Source: Nitrosopumilaceae archaeon (GTDB lineage Archaea > Thermoproteota > Nitrososphaeria > Nitrososphaerales > Nitrosopumilaceae). Taken from it: 64,000 nucleotides of DNA. Made by a program: the position numbers and the translations under genes. The notes below the pieces were generated by a model. It did no database searches. It was not told where the DNA came from and was given only the letters and a program-made list of their open reading frames with translations. Shown piece after piece: positions 38,752 through 49,249 of the stretch (position 1 is its first letter; the number at the start of each line of letters is the position of its first letter). The stretch is taken from the NCBI GenBank assembly GCA_965203465.1, contig CBDBCR010000001.1, positions 192,001 through 256,000 on the forward strand. Direction: 5' to 3'.

Positions 38752-40700
38752 CCGCGGTTGGGCTGATTCCGGGATCTCCTTTATCCCGAGCCCGCGAAAG
38801 TACTCGTAGGTGGGATCGTACATGCCCGGCTATGCGCTATTGCCAAACACCTGCTGTCGGCAGCTCGGGTATGAATATCACCATGCCCTGCCTGGCCCTC
38901 GTCAACAAGCACCCTGTACGCGTTCTTTACGGTGCGGCCTCCGCTTTTCCCCCACCCTAAGTTCCATTTGGTTCCTCGGAACTCGCTGTACTCCCATCCG
39001 CCGCCGCGGTACGTGAGGTTGGCGTCCCAAGCCACGCACGCCCAGTCGACTTCGAGCAAACTGCACCGTTAGAATTCGGTGGCCGCGTATTCCAGGCTGT
39101 AGGACGATTACTCGGATCGAAAGCTTGCCGTCAAGGAACCACTTTGATCGCGTCGACTGCGAGGCTCGACGTAGATTCCGTGGGGCCGCAGGCGGTGGGA
39201 CTTGCTGCACGCGACTATGCCGTACCTTTCGGTTCCGCGGGCCCTGTCCCTTAGCCAGGACTTTGCGGCCTCGACGCTGCGGGTCATCACGACTTCGTAT
39301 TCTGCGAGCTTTGGCAGCGTTCGTCCCACGCCGTCCGAATCGCACTCGAGCAGCGAGTTTACGAATCCCGCGACGTGCGGGGTAGCGGAACGACCTGGTC
39401 GGGGTGGGCAGGTGGAGGTCGTTTTCGCGTGTAGACGATGCCTGCTCTGCGCGCCGCCCCACACGTACTGCTGGTCGGGCTGCCGGCATACGGCGCGTAC
39501 GCCTTCCAGTGCGAAGACATGCATTTTACCAGCGCGGAGAACCACCCGCCTAGGCCCACCTCCCCCACGCCGATCTCCTGGCCGCCCCCGACCAGGCACA
39601 CTATGGACGCCCAGCCGTCGCGGCGGTCCATTATGCTGATCATCATCTCGGGCATCGGACATGCCGACGACTTTGCCGTTAACACCTTTGGATTTTTCGT
39701 ACTGGTACTAGCTTTTTTTGGTTCCAAGCGCGCTGCGCTTCGTAAAAAGATTAAATGGCTGTTCAATCTGGAAAACGACAAACGTCGGTTCCGCCGTACT
39801 CAAAATTTGCGGAACGCGTGCACGTGCTGTATGAACGACTCCACGTTCTTCTTTTGGCTGATCTTTGTGTATCCGCGGAACGTCTCCGCCGCGCTTCCCG
39901 TGCCTCTTGCTTTTTTCTCTCCACCGCGTCGCAGTACTGGAGGAAAAGCCTCCTGCAGACACCATGAACACAGGTACTGGTTAAAGCCATGACTTTGAAC
40001 ACGGCGTGCTCGCTGTCCTCGCCGCGCACCCCGCTGGCTATCTCCATGCCTGAACCAGCGTAAATTGCCAGGCGCCGGGCACGCCGGTGATGAAGCATAT
40101 TCAATTTGGTGCCGGCGCGCCTCGAACTCTGTCAGATGATCCTACCTTACAGGAAATGTCCAAATACCGTCCTGTGCAATGTTCTCGCCCTCTGCGTCGT
40201 GCCTTCTGATCTCGCCCACGCCGTGCTTTGCGTACGGGAGGTTGCAGCGGGCCGACTCGATTATCGGTCGGCGTGGGGCAGTATCCCGATCCCTCCCACG
40301 CGCCCGACGTCTACTGGGCTCTGCGTTGACCGACGCCGCCGCCTTTCTGACTATTGCGCCAAGATCTTTTCCGTTGGATCTGAGCGGCTCGGACCAGATG
40401 CCGCGTTTCCCACGACAGGCCGTCGTCGCAGCGGCCCGGCTTTTGTGGACACCAGCACCGGCACGACGGGGGCCCCGCGGCTCCCCACGTGAAAATTCTA
40501 CGAGGCCCAGCGCGTAGTCTGTCACTTGTGTCCAGGCCTGCTTCGGAATGCGACTTTGCCCCGACCTTGAACTCGATCACGAATATGACGCCGGAGTGCA
40601 GCACGATGGCTTTCGATCCTGTTCGGCATTCTCGGCATCGTCAATATTCCAGCAGCACGTGGCCCTACTAGCCCGACCCAGAAGCGCCCTTCAACACGTC
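38752..40700 (-). pseudogene. degraded DUF2075 / Schlafen-group-3-like helicase
   Basis: Fragments in order: IFVIEFKVG; CLVGGGQEI..GE.GL..W; MTRSVEAAKSWLR..ARGTERYG; EVDWACVAWDANL; KNAYRVL; YDPTYEYF; many stops and shifts. Confidence 0.8.
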
Positions 40701-40889
40701 TATCGTCTTATCTTCCACGCGTCGGTCTCGTTGCATCTGTAGGTCGAACGGATGGGCATCGGTCAGCGTCGCCGAGCACCGCGCGCGCGTCGGCCCGCAG
40801 GAAATCCGTGCAAGGCTCGCAGAATAGTACAGCCCTGCCCATCTTGCCGCGCGCGGCGGTCCCGTATTAAAACATCCTGGCGACGATGC

Positions 40890-43273
40890 CTACACCTCCA
40901 CTACGTCCACGTCCAGCTCTTTTATCGCCGAGCCGAACATCAAAAAATCGTTGTCGTCGGTGACCAGCCCCACGCTCGAGCCGCCCGAGGCGATCTTTGC
41001 CGCGATGGCCAGTATCCTGGAATCGCGCGCGCCCATCGGCGGGCCGCCGGCCAGCGGCCAGCGGCCTGCCGCCGCGCCGCTTCTTGTACGACCACTTTTC
41101 CTTGGCCTCGCGGCTCATGGCGAACCACGCCCGCCAGTACGCGCGCCTTATGCGCATGACGTCGCGCGGCCCGGCGCTGCCGGCCTCCTCGGACCAGCGG
41201 GTGCGCGGCAGGCCGTCGAGCGTGTCTTTGACGCCGTCTGTCACGCGCAGGCGGCTCGCGCGCGGCGCGTACTTTGCAAGAAAGTCGCTGTTCAACTGCC
41301 CGATGATCTCGTACCTGCACACGGCGGGTATCACGTAGCTTCCCTCCTGCAGCCTGGTCCAGAACTTTTTGCGGTGGTAGGCGAGGTTCATCCATTCGCG
41401 CACGTCGTCCTGCAAGAACGAGCGGACCAGGTGGGGCAGGGACACGTTCGTATCCACGATGCACACGTCCAGCCTCCCGTCGTCGGGCGACTGCATGTTG
41501 TAGTGCGGCTCGGGGGGCTTCCCGCGCGCCTCGCGCATCTGCTCGGCAAAGCCGGGGCCGTAGTCGGGATCGCGCGCCAGCGCGTCCAGGTACACGGACA
41601 GCGCCGTCTCGTACTGGCCCAGAAGATCCAGCGCGTACCCCTTGCAGTACGACGGCCAGCTGTCGAAACCGGATGCCTCGACTTTGGCCTCGGCGGCAAG
41701 GCCGTACATGCGGTTCGCTTCCGACGCGTCGCCGCCGTGATCGAGCGCCTGACCCATGTGGTACAGCGCGACCGCGTCGGACGGATCGGCCTTTAGCGCC
41801 TCGCCGAACGAGCGCCGCGCGTCGGCCCCGCTAGCTATCCCTATAGACCTGGAGCTGTGGTATTCGACGAGCCCCGAGAGCGTGCGCGCCCCCGGATAGA
41901 GCGGATCGGCCCCCAGTATCCTGTCCAGCAGGCGCTTGGCGTCGCGGTAGCGCTGCGCCTTTTGGCTGCGCCCCACCTCGAGCATGCCGGTCAGGCCCAG
42001 CCGGAACAGCGACATGGCGCTCCAGTACGTGGCCTCCAGGCCGCTGCCGGCCTTCTCGAAGCAGGCCTGCGCCTCCTCGTACTTTGCCAGCCCGTAGTGG
42101 GCCATCCCCCTGCAGAACTGCGCGCCGGCCCCCTGCCTGTCCGGCACCGCCAGCTCGTCGAGCGCGGCCAGCGCCTTTTCGCAGCTGCCCGGCTCGCACA
42201 GCTCTTTTGCCCTCCTTACGATCCCTTCCGCGTCGGGCAGGCGGGGCGCCGCCGGCTGTTTCTTCTTTTTGGCCCGCGGCTTTGGTTTCGGTTCGGGCTT
42301 CGGCTTCCGGGGCGCCGGCTCGGGCGCCGCCGGCCTGCGCAGGCTGTCTTCGGCCTCCCGCAGGCGCCTGCCCGATTCCTTTTCGGCGTCGGCTAGCAGC
42401 TCTGCGACGGCGGGGCTGGAGCGGTTGCGCGCCTGCGAGGCCTTTAGCGCCTTTGCGGCCTTTTGGTGCCACCGCACGTCGCCGTCGAGGCCCAGCATGT
42501 GGCACGCGAGCCCCACGTAGTACAGGCCCTCCCAGTTTTCGGATCTGCATTTGGCCGCGTTCTTGAACCAGTCCGATGCCTCGGCCTTGCCGGCTTCCTT
42601 CAGCACCTGGCCCCTGATGCACGCGGCCTTGGGATCGCCGGGGAGATCCAGCTCCTCGAGGGCCTCGGCCGTCCGGCCAAGGCGCCACATCACGACGCCC
42701 ATGCTGGCCCGCGGCGAATCCGTATCGTCGGGCTCTTGCAGCGCGGCCTCCCCGTAGTACTTTTGCGCCTCTTCGCCCTCCAGCGAGAGGGCCGCGTAAA
42801 AGAGCGCGGAAAAGCCCGCGCCCGCCTCCTTGCAGCAGCGCGCCGCCCCCCCCAGGTCGCCGGTCTCGTAGAGCGCGCGCCCCTTGGCTGCCAGCACGCG
42901 CGGATCCGATGCATCCGCGCAGCACTCGAGGGCCGCCGCGTGCATGTTCTGGCCGACGAGCGCCAGGGCCTTTACGGCGAGCGCGCCCGGCTCGCCGGGG
43001 GCTTCTCTGAGTATTTTGCCCGCCTCCGAGGCGGCCTTTGCGTGCCTGCCGGCCCGGTACAGCAGCGCGGCCTTGCGCAGGCTGGGGGGCCCGGTCGGAC
43101 TTTTGCAGGCATTCGGCGGCCTTTTCGTGCATTCCGAGCGCCTCGTACGAAGAGGCCATCGCGGCGTACCCCTCGGCCCTCAGGCCGGCAGAGGCGGCCT
43201 TTCTGCACAGCTCCACGGCCTCCTCGTGCCTGCCCTCGCCGGCGAGCTTTGCTGCCTCCTCGAGCGGTTCCAC
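40890..43273 (-). CDS. TPR-repeat protein with C-terminal PIN nuclease domain (two frameshifts)
   Basis: Many TPR helices; IVDTNV...YEI; shifted frame reads DSRILAIA...LVTDDNDF; 7-bp duplication at 41051-41064 and G6 run near 43084. Confidence 0.75.
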
Positions 43274-43414
43274 GGGAGGCCGTCCGGCGGCGGCTCTATT
43301 AGGCTTTGATCGAGGCGGGCTTGAGGGGCTTCGATCCCCCGACCTGTAACTTAGGAGGCTACCGCGCTATCCATGCTGCGCCACAAGCCCGCCGGGCGGG
43401 CCCGCCGTAATTAT

Positions 43415-44068
43415 TTAAAGCCTAGCCGGTTCCCACTTTTCGTAGTTCACCACGTCCTCCAGCTTCAGCCTGGGGAGCCAGCCGGCCCTCTCCAGGTCGG
43501 GCTTTTCGGCGAACTCCTCGACGTACCCCAGGCACAGGTACGCGACGGGCACCACGCGCTCTGGGATCCCCAGAACCTCGCGCAGCACGTCGTTGGACAG
43601 TATGCTGACCCACCCCACCCCGACCCCCTCGGCGCGCGCGGCCAACCACAGGTTCTGCACCGCGCAGCAGACGCTGTACAGGCCGGCCTCGGGCACGGCG
43701 CTTCTGCCTATCACGAACGGGCCGAACCGCGACGGATCGTAGGTCACGCAGACGTTGAGCGGCGATTCCAGTATCCCCTCCAGCTTCAGCGAGAGGTACT
43801 CGGACCTGCGCGGCTCCTCTACCAGGCCGGCCGAGCGCTCCAGCTCGGCCTCGAAGCTGCGCTTGACGGCGCGCCGCGTCTCCGGGCTCCGTATCAGGAC
43901 AAAGTTCCACGGCTGGGAAAAGCCGACCGACGGGGCGTGGTGCGCGGCCTCCAGTATCCTTTTCAGCACCTCCTCGGGCACCTGCCTCGGGGTGAACCGG
44001 GACCGCACGTCGCGCCTGGTGAATATGGCCTTGTAGAGGCCCTCGCGCTCCTCGGGTGCAAAGTCCAA
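43415..44068 (-). CDS. bluB: 5,6-dimethylbenzimidazole synthase (nitroreductase fold)
   Basis: IFTRRDVR, AHHAPSVGFSQPWNF, LKLEGILE, QNLWLAARAEGVGVGWVSI. Confidence 0.93.
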   Translation of the reverse strand: MDFAPEEREGLYKAIFTRRDVRSRFTPRQVPEEVLKRILEAAHHAPSVGFSQPWNFVLIRSPETRRAVKRSFEAELERSAGLVEEPRRSEYLSLKLEGILESPLNVCVTYDPSRFGPFVIGRSAVPEAGLYSVCCAVQNLWLAARAEGVGVGWVSILSNDVLREVLGIPERVVPVAYLCLGYVEEFAEKPDLERAGWLPRLKLEDVVNYEKWEPARL

Positions 44069-44123
44069 CGGGGCCCCGGGGCCGTCAAAGGTTAATAATG
44101 TCTCTGCCCCCACGCCCGGCGCT

Positions 44124-44197
44124 GGGCCGGTAGTCTAGTTGGTTAGGATACCGCCTCGACACGGCGGTGATCGTGAGTTCGAATCTCTCTCGGCCCA
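44124..44197 (+). tRNA. tRNA-Val(GAC)
   Basis: Acceptor GGGCCGG/TCGGCCC; anticodon stem CCGCC/GGCGG with loop TCGACAC; T loop TTCGAAT. Confidence 0.9.
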
Positions 44198-44204
44198 TCC
44201 CAGC

Positions 44205-46604
44205 CTACCTGCACTCCTTGCACTTTTGCGGCAGCTGCGAATGGTCTCCGCTCTCTATGCACTCCGCCAAAAACTGGTCGGCGCCGTATATCCCGAACGT
44301 CTCCTTTACGGATTCGAGGTCGGCGCAGCTTGCCCCGCACTCGGCGCACGCGTACGCGCGCATCTTTTCCTCCGGGACCTGCGGGGCCGGCTCGGGCTCG
44401 GCCGGCCCGACCCACTCGGCGTTTTTCTGCGGCTTCCAGGGCTTCCAGTACTCGCGGAACACCTTCCAGCCCATCTCCTTCATGGAGGCGTCGGTGGTGC
44501 CGTGCAGCTGGAAGTTGTCGTCCATGTCCACTATGAGCATGTTCTCGGTGCCGCCGCTCTTGGTCCCGCGCATGCCGCGCCCTATCATCTGCGTGTACAG
44601 CAGCGTGCTCTTGACGGGCCTGCCCACGAAGACGCAGTCCACGTTGGGCGCGTCGAAGCCGGCGGTCAGCACGTCGTAGTTGCACAGCACCTCCAGGTCG
44701 CCGGACCGGAACATCTCGACGGTCTTTACGCGCGTGTCCATGTCTATCTTGGAATCCACGTAGCCGGACCTCATCCCGTACAGCGTGCGCAGAAACATGG
44801 ACATCTGGCGCGAGTGCTCCACGCTGCACGCGAAGAACAGGATCTTTTTGCGCCCCCCCTCCTCGCACAGCTGGCGCACGTTGTCCAGCATTATGCGGTT
44901 GCGCTCGTAGTTCTGCCCTATGGCCTTGAGGGTGTCCCTGGCGAACTCGCCGAACTTTTCCATGTGCCGCGTCTCCTGGGCGCTCAGCTCTATGTCGCGC
45001 GAGGGCAGCACCTTGTGGTGCACGTCGCACAGTATCTTGCGGCGCACCAGCTTGGCGAACAGGTCCTTCTGCATGCGCTCGGGCGGCACGTCGTAGACCC
45101 GCGCCTCGTTGACGGTTATGAGGGCCTCGGCCGAATCGGCGTCCCCGTCGTTGTCGGTTATGGCCAGCGTTATCCTGTACGAGCCGGGCTCGTCGAAGCG
45201 GTGCGTGACGTTCTTGGATCTGTACTCGACGGGCTCGCCGACCTCCTTGCCCTTCCTCTGCCGCACGATGGTCCAGATGTACCCGTCCTCGCCTATGAAG
45301 CCGTCCCTGTCGTACGAGCGGTCGCCCATCATCATGACGTCCTCGCCCACCGAGGCGCGCATCTGGCAGTCTATGATGGCGCGCGGGCTGAAGTTGTTGA
45401 ACTCCGGCGGCGTGGCTATGGTGGGGAAATGCACGCCGTTGAGGCGCCGCGCCAGCCGCTCGGTCTCGGCGCCGCTGCCGGCGCCGCGGAACGGCGTGGC
45501 CGTCAGGCCCAGCAGAACGATGCCCTTTTCGGATATCTCTTTTTTGCGGTTGTCCCAGTTGAAGCCCATCTCGCGCAGCACCGCCGAGTACGAGTCGGCC
45601 GTGACGTGGTGGGCCTCGTCTACCACGACGCACGAGGTCAGCGCGGCCAGCCTGGCCAGCTGTGCCTTTTCGCCCGTGTATATCTTGTACAGGGACTGTA
45701 TGGTGGCCACGATGACGCCCTTTTCGTCGAGCAGCTCCTCCATGTCCATCTGGGGCAGCTCGCCTCCGGGCCCCCAGAAGCGGTGCAGGCGCAGCGTGGT
45801 GCCCCTGCGCCCGCGCGATTCAAAGACGGTCCGGAACGTGCTGAACGCCTGCTCGCACAGCTCGTGGGACTGGGCCACCCAGAGCACGAACTTTGAATCG
45901 CGCTGCTGCGGGTCCTCCGAGGGCTTGCCGTCGTTGAACCAGTTTACGAGGGCCTCGACGGTCATGCGGGTCTTGCCCGAGCCGGTCGGCACCGCTATCA
46001 GCTTGCGCTTTACGGGCCTGCCGTCCTCGGCGGCGGTCCCGTCGAGCATGCCGCGTATCAGCAGGCCCGTCGAGTGCTGGTAGTCGTACAGCGGGTTGAG
46101 CGGCGTGTACGGCTCGACCGCCTCGGTGCTGGGCAGCTGCTCGGCGTGCTCCTTTTCGGCGACCGACGGGGGCAGGCCCAGCACCGCTGCCAGCGCCAGG
46201 CAGAGCCGGTTGCTCATGTCCAGCGCGGCGATCTCCTCTATCGACGAGGCTTTTTTGCGCTGCGGGGACGAGGCGCGGACCGCCCCGAGCACGGCCTCGT
46301 CGGGGACCAGCTTTTTGGAAGAGACGGTCTGCAGCATCAGCTCCAGGAACAGCCTGCGCTTCTGCGGGCTGTTTTCGATGTTGCGCAGGAACCGCGGGCC
46401 CACTATGTCGTAGACGACCTCGGCGAGCCTCCCGTGCGTGGAGATCTTTTCGCCGTGGTCGGCGAATATCTGTATGACGCCGGGGTTTATCTGCGAGAGT
46501 ATCTGCGAGAGCTCGTCGCGCGTCCACCACTCCTTGAACCTCGCGATGCAGGCGGAGCGCGCCGCCGCCTCCTCGAGATCGCTGCTTCCGGTGCTCCGGC
46601 CCAC
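44205..46604 (-). CDS. SF2 DEAD/DEAH (ResIII/RadD-like) helicase with PKD insertion and C-terminal Zn finger
   Basis: VPTGSGKT, VVDEAHH, GLTATP, LTAGFDAP, QMIGRGMR; CAEC...CKEC. Confidence 0.9.
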   Translation of the reverse strand: MGRSTGSSDLEEAAARSACIARFKEWWTRDELSQILSQINPGVIQIFADHGEKISTHGRLAEVVYDIVGPRFLRNIENSPQKRRLFLELMLQTVSSKKLVPDEAVLGAVRASSPQRKKASSIEEIAALDMSNRLCLALAAVLGLPPSVAEKEHAEQLPSTEAVEPYTPLNPLYDYQHSTGLLIRGMLDGTAAEDGRPVKRKLIAVPTGSGKTRMTVEALVNWFNDGKPSEDPQQRDSKFVLWVAQSHELCEQAFSTFRTVFESRGRRGTTLRLHRFWGPGGELPQMDMEELLDEKGVIVATIQSLYKIYTGEKAQLARLAALTSCVVVDEAHHVTADSYSAVLREMGFNWDNRKKEISEKGIVLLGLTATPFRGAGSGAETERLARRLNGVHFPTIATPPEFNNFSPRAIIDCQMRASVGEDVMMMGDRSYDRDGFIGEDGYIWTIVRQRKGKEVGEPVEYRSKNVTHRFDEPGSYRITLAITDNDGDADSAEALITVNEARVYDVPPERMQKDLFAKLVRRKILCDVHHKVLPSRDIELSAQETRHMEKFGEFARDTLKAIGQNYERNRIMLDNVRQLCEEGGRKKILFFACSVEHSRQMSMFLRTLYGMRSGYVDSKIDMDTRVKTVEMFRSGDLEVLCNYDVLTAGFDAPNVDCVFVGRPVKSTLLYTQMIGRGMRGTKSGGTENMLIVDMDDNFQLHGTTDASMKEMGWKVFREYWKPWKPQKNAEWVGPAEPEPAPQVPEEKMRAYACAECGASCADLESVKETFGIYGADQFLAECIESGDHSQLPQKCKECR

Positions 46605-46634
46605 GCCGGCAAAGCCGGGCCGCTCATTGATAAG

Positions 46635-47135
46635 TCAACCGCCCCAGAGGCCCGCGTCGAGCGCGGCGGCCAAGAACAGCACGGCCACCGATATCGCCAC
46701 GGCGGCCTCGCCCAGCACTATTATCCTGCGGCGCAGCGACTGCAGGGCCGCGCCGGACAGCCTGCCCGATTCTACGTCCCTCATGGTCTTCTCGCCGAGC
46801 AGCCGCACGTGGACGGCAAAGACCGCCACCAGCGCGACCACCAGGGCTATCTTGACCGACAGGTACGCCCCGTACTCGCTCGAAAGCAGGGCCGGCTCCG
46901 AGACGAACGCGCGCGCGCTGTACGCCCCGGTGCCGATGAGCACGGCCAGCGAGGGCAGCGCCAGCAGGTTGAAGCGCCTGCCGACCATCACCATGAGGCG
47001 CATGCGCTCGGCGGGCGTCTGGCATATCTTCTTGAGCAGGGGGGCCAGCACGGCCCCGATGAATATGGAGCCGCCCACCCATATGCAGGCTGCCAGCAGG
47101 TGGGCCCAGACAAGCAGCGTCTGCTCGGCGCCCAT
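46635..47135 (-). CDS. CopD-like membrane protein
   Basis: WAHLLAACIWVGG, GRRFN, YGAYLSVKIALV. Confidence 0.8.
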   Translation of the reverse strand: MGAEQTLLVWAHLLAACIWVGGSIFIGAVLAPLLKKICQTPAERMRLMVMVGRRFNLLALPSLAVLIGTGAYSARAFVSEPALLSSEYGAYLSVKIALVVALVAVFAVHVRLLGEKTMRDVESGRLSGAALQSLRRRIIVLGEAAVAISVAVLFLAAALDAGLWGG

Positions 47136-47209
47136 GGCCGCGCGCGCCCCGGTTTCGTTATAATTGAACCCGGCAACGTTTTTTAGTCGTACGCGGGGTT
47201 TCACGTCGC

Positions 47210-47686
47210 TTGGAGTTGCAGCGCAGGGCCACCGTCTATGCCGCCATAGGGGGGGTGCTGGCCCTCATGGGGGCCATCGTGCTGTACGCCTCGCAGGACA
47301 ACCCGCAGCTCGAGATGGTCGGCGTGGAGCTGGCCGGAGTCGAGGTCATGCCGGGCGGCCAGGACGGCAAACTCCGCCTGGAATCGACGTTCCTCGTCTC
47401 CAACCCCAGCGAGACGACGTTCACAGTCTCGCTCATCACCTACGACCTCTTCGCCAACGGGGCCCTTGCGGCCTCGGGACAGTACTCGACGGCCGACATC
47501 GCCATGCCGGGGCGCGCCGTGTTCTATCCGGGGGCCGAGATACCGCTGACTACGATATCGGTGGTCGAGCGCGAGGCGCTGGGCGCCGCGCTCTACGATT
47601 CGCTGGGCTCGGCCTCGTTCCGCGCGGAGGGCGTCATCACGGCAGAGTCGGCCTGGAGCATAGTCGAAAAGGACTTCAGCACCTGA
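47210..47686 (+). CDS. membrane-anchored hypothetical protein (LEA_2-like)
   Basis: N-terminal TM, FLVSNPSE motif. Confidence 0.7.
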   Translation: MELQRRATVYAAIGGVLALMGAIVLYASQDNPQLEMVGVELAGVEVMPGGQDGKLRLESTFLVSNPSETTFTVSLITYDLFANGALAASGQYSTADIAMPGRAVFYPGAEIPLTTISVVEREALGAALYDSLGSASFRAEGVITAESAWSIVEKDFST

Positions 47687-48662
47687 CCCCGCGCACGCGG
47701 ATCTGGTAGCCGCCCTTTACCCTGGCGGCGCCGTACCTGCACCCCGTCATGCGCGAGGCGGTCTCGAGCGCCGTCTGCAGGTGCGGCGTTATGCGGCGCA
47801 CCGTCCACGAGCTGGTCCCCTCGGCGACGCTGGCAGGCAGAACCAGCATGTCCGAGAGGTTCTCGTCTACCGACGCGCACCCGAGCAGCTCCGCGGCCAC
47901 GGGGCCGAACCCGCCGTCCCACAGGGAGTCGGCGCCGGCGGCGCACCCGCTTCCGGAGGCCGACGCGACCAGCGAGCCGCCGGAGCCGCCGCAGCGCTCG
48001 GCGCGCACCGAGACGGGCAGGCCGGTCTTGCGCAGCTCGTCGGCCGCCGCGCGCGCCTCTTCTTCGGCGCCGCGTATGCCAGAGTGCGCGCAGGAGACGG
48101 AGAACCTTTCGGCCTCGCCGTCGAACGAGGCCGCCGAGGCGCCCCCCGGCTCTGCGCGCGCCTCCATTATCCCGCCGCCCTTGGGATAGTGCCCGCGCCG
48201 CCTCGTCCGGACCGAGACGGACACGCCGAAGCGGCGCAGCGCCGGGGCGAAGACGTCGCGCATATAGTCGGCGGCCGGGCTCCAGGGCACGTCGGTGCCG
48301 CCCCGTATCTCGAAGGAGGCGCGCCTGCCCGAGAGCGCCGCTGCCGGCAGCGCGGCCTGTAGTATCAGCGGCACGCTGCCGGCGGTCCCCACGCTCTCCG
48401 ATACGGACTCCTCGCCCTCCCCGCCCGGCTCGAAGAGCACCTCGCGCGAGTCGATCCGGGCGCCTTTCGTCCGGGCGCCGCACGCGCGCGCGAGCACCCT
48501 GAGGGCCGCCGCGTGCTGCGCGCCGAGGCCCGGCCTTTTCCTGCCCGCCCTGATGTCGGTTATCCTGACCGGCGAGCCCGAGACCGCCGAGAGCGCCGCC
48601 GAGAGGCGCAGCACCTGCCCGCCGCCCTCCCCCGAGCTTCCGTCTATGAGGATCGGATCCAA
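47676..48662 (-). CDS. rtcA: RNA 3'-terminal phosphate cyclase
   Basis: IDGSSGEGGGQVLR, IRAGRKRPGL, GGTDVPWSP, GHYPKGGG, ITPHLQT. Confidence 0.95.
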   Translation of the reverse strand: MDPILIDGSSGEGGGQVLRLSAALSAVSGSPVRITDIRAGRKRPGLGAQHAAALRVLARACGARTKGARIDSREVLFEPGGEGEESVSESVGTAGSVPLILQAALPAAALSGRRASFEIRGGTDVPWSPAADYMRDVFAPALRRFGVSVSVRTRRRGHYPKGGGIMEARAEPGGASAASFDGEAERFSVSCAHSGIRGAEEEARAAADELRKTGLPVSVRAERCGGSGGSLVASASGSGCAAGADSLWDGGFGPVAAELLGCASVDENLSDMLVLPASVAEGTSSWTVRRITPHLQTALETASRMTGCRYGAARVKGGYQIRVRGVRC

Positions 48663-48715
48663 CGCCGCGGCTCCCCCGCGCCATGCTTTATAGATCCCCG
48701 CCCGGATCCGGCTCC

Positions 48716-49219
48716 GTGGACGGGTTTTTGGTGGGGCGCTTCCAGCCGTTCCACCTGGGGCACCTGCACGCGGTGCGCTACGCGCTGGCCCGGACCGCCC
48801 GCCTGCACGTGGGGATAGGAAGCTCGGACGCGCCGCCCGACGCGCGCAACCCGTTCACCGCCGCCGAGCGGCGCCGGATGATACTCGGCTCCGTAAGATC
48901 CGAACGGCTGGGCGTCTTTGACATACCCGACTGCGGGAACCACTCGCGCTGGGCCGACCAGGTGTCCGAGATCGTGCCCGCCTTTCAGGCGGTGTTCACC
49001 AACGACGCCATGACGCGCCGCGTCTACGAGCGGCGCGGGACGGCCGTGCTGCCGGTGCCGTTCCAGGACAGGGGGAACCTGTCGGGAACGCGGGTGCGGG
49101 AGCTGATGGCCTCGGGGGGCGACTGGAGGCCGCTGGTGCCGGAAGGCTCGCGCGCGGTCCTCGAAGAGATCGGCGCCGAGGGGAGGCTGCGCCGGAGCTG
49201 GCACCAGCCGAGTCTCTAG
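48716..49219 (+). CDS. nadM: nicotinamide-nucleotide adenylyltransferase
   Basis: GRFQPFHLGH, GIGSS, NPFTAAERRRMI, SGTRVR. Confidence 0.93.
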   Translation: MDGFLVGRFQPFHLGHLHAVRYALARTARLHVGIGSSDAPPDARNPFTAAERRRMILGSVRSERLGVFDIPDCGNHSRWADQVSEIVPAFQAVFTNDAMTRRVYERRGTAVLPVPFQDRGNLSGTRVRELMASGGDWRPLVPEGSRAVLEEIGAEGRLRRSWHQPSL

Positions 49220-49249
49220 TTATAAATAAACCCGCGGGCGGGGGGCCGC

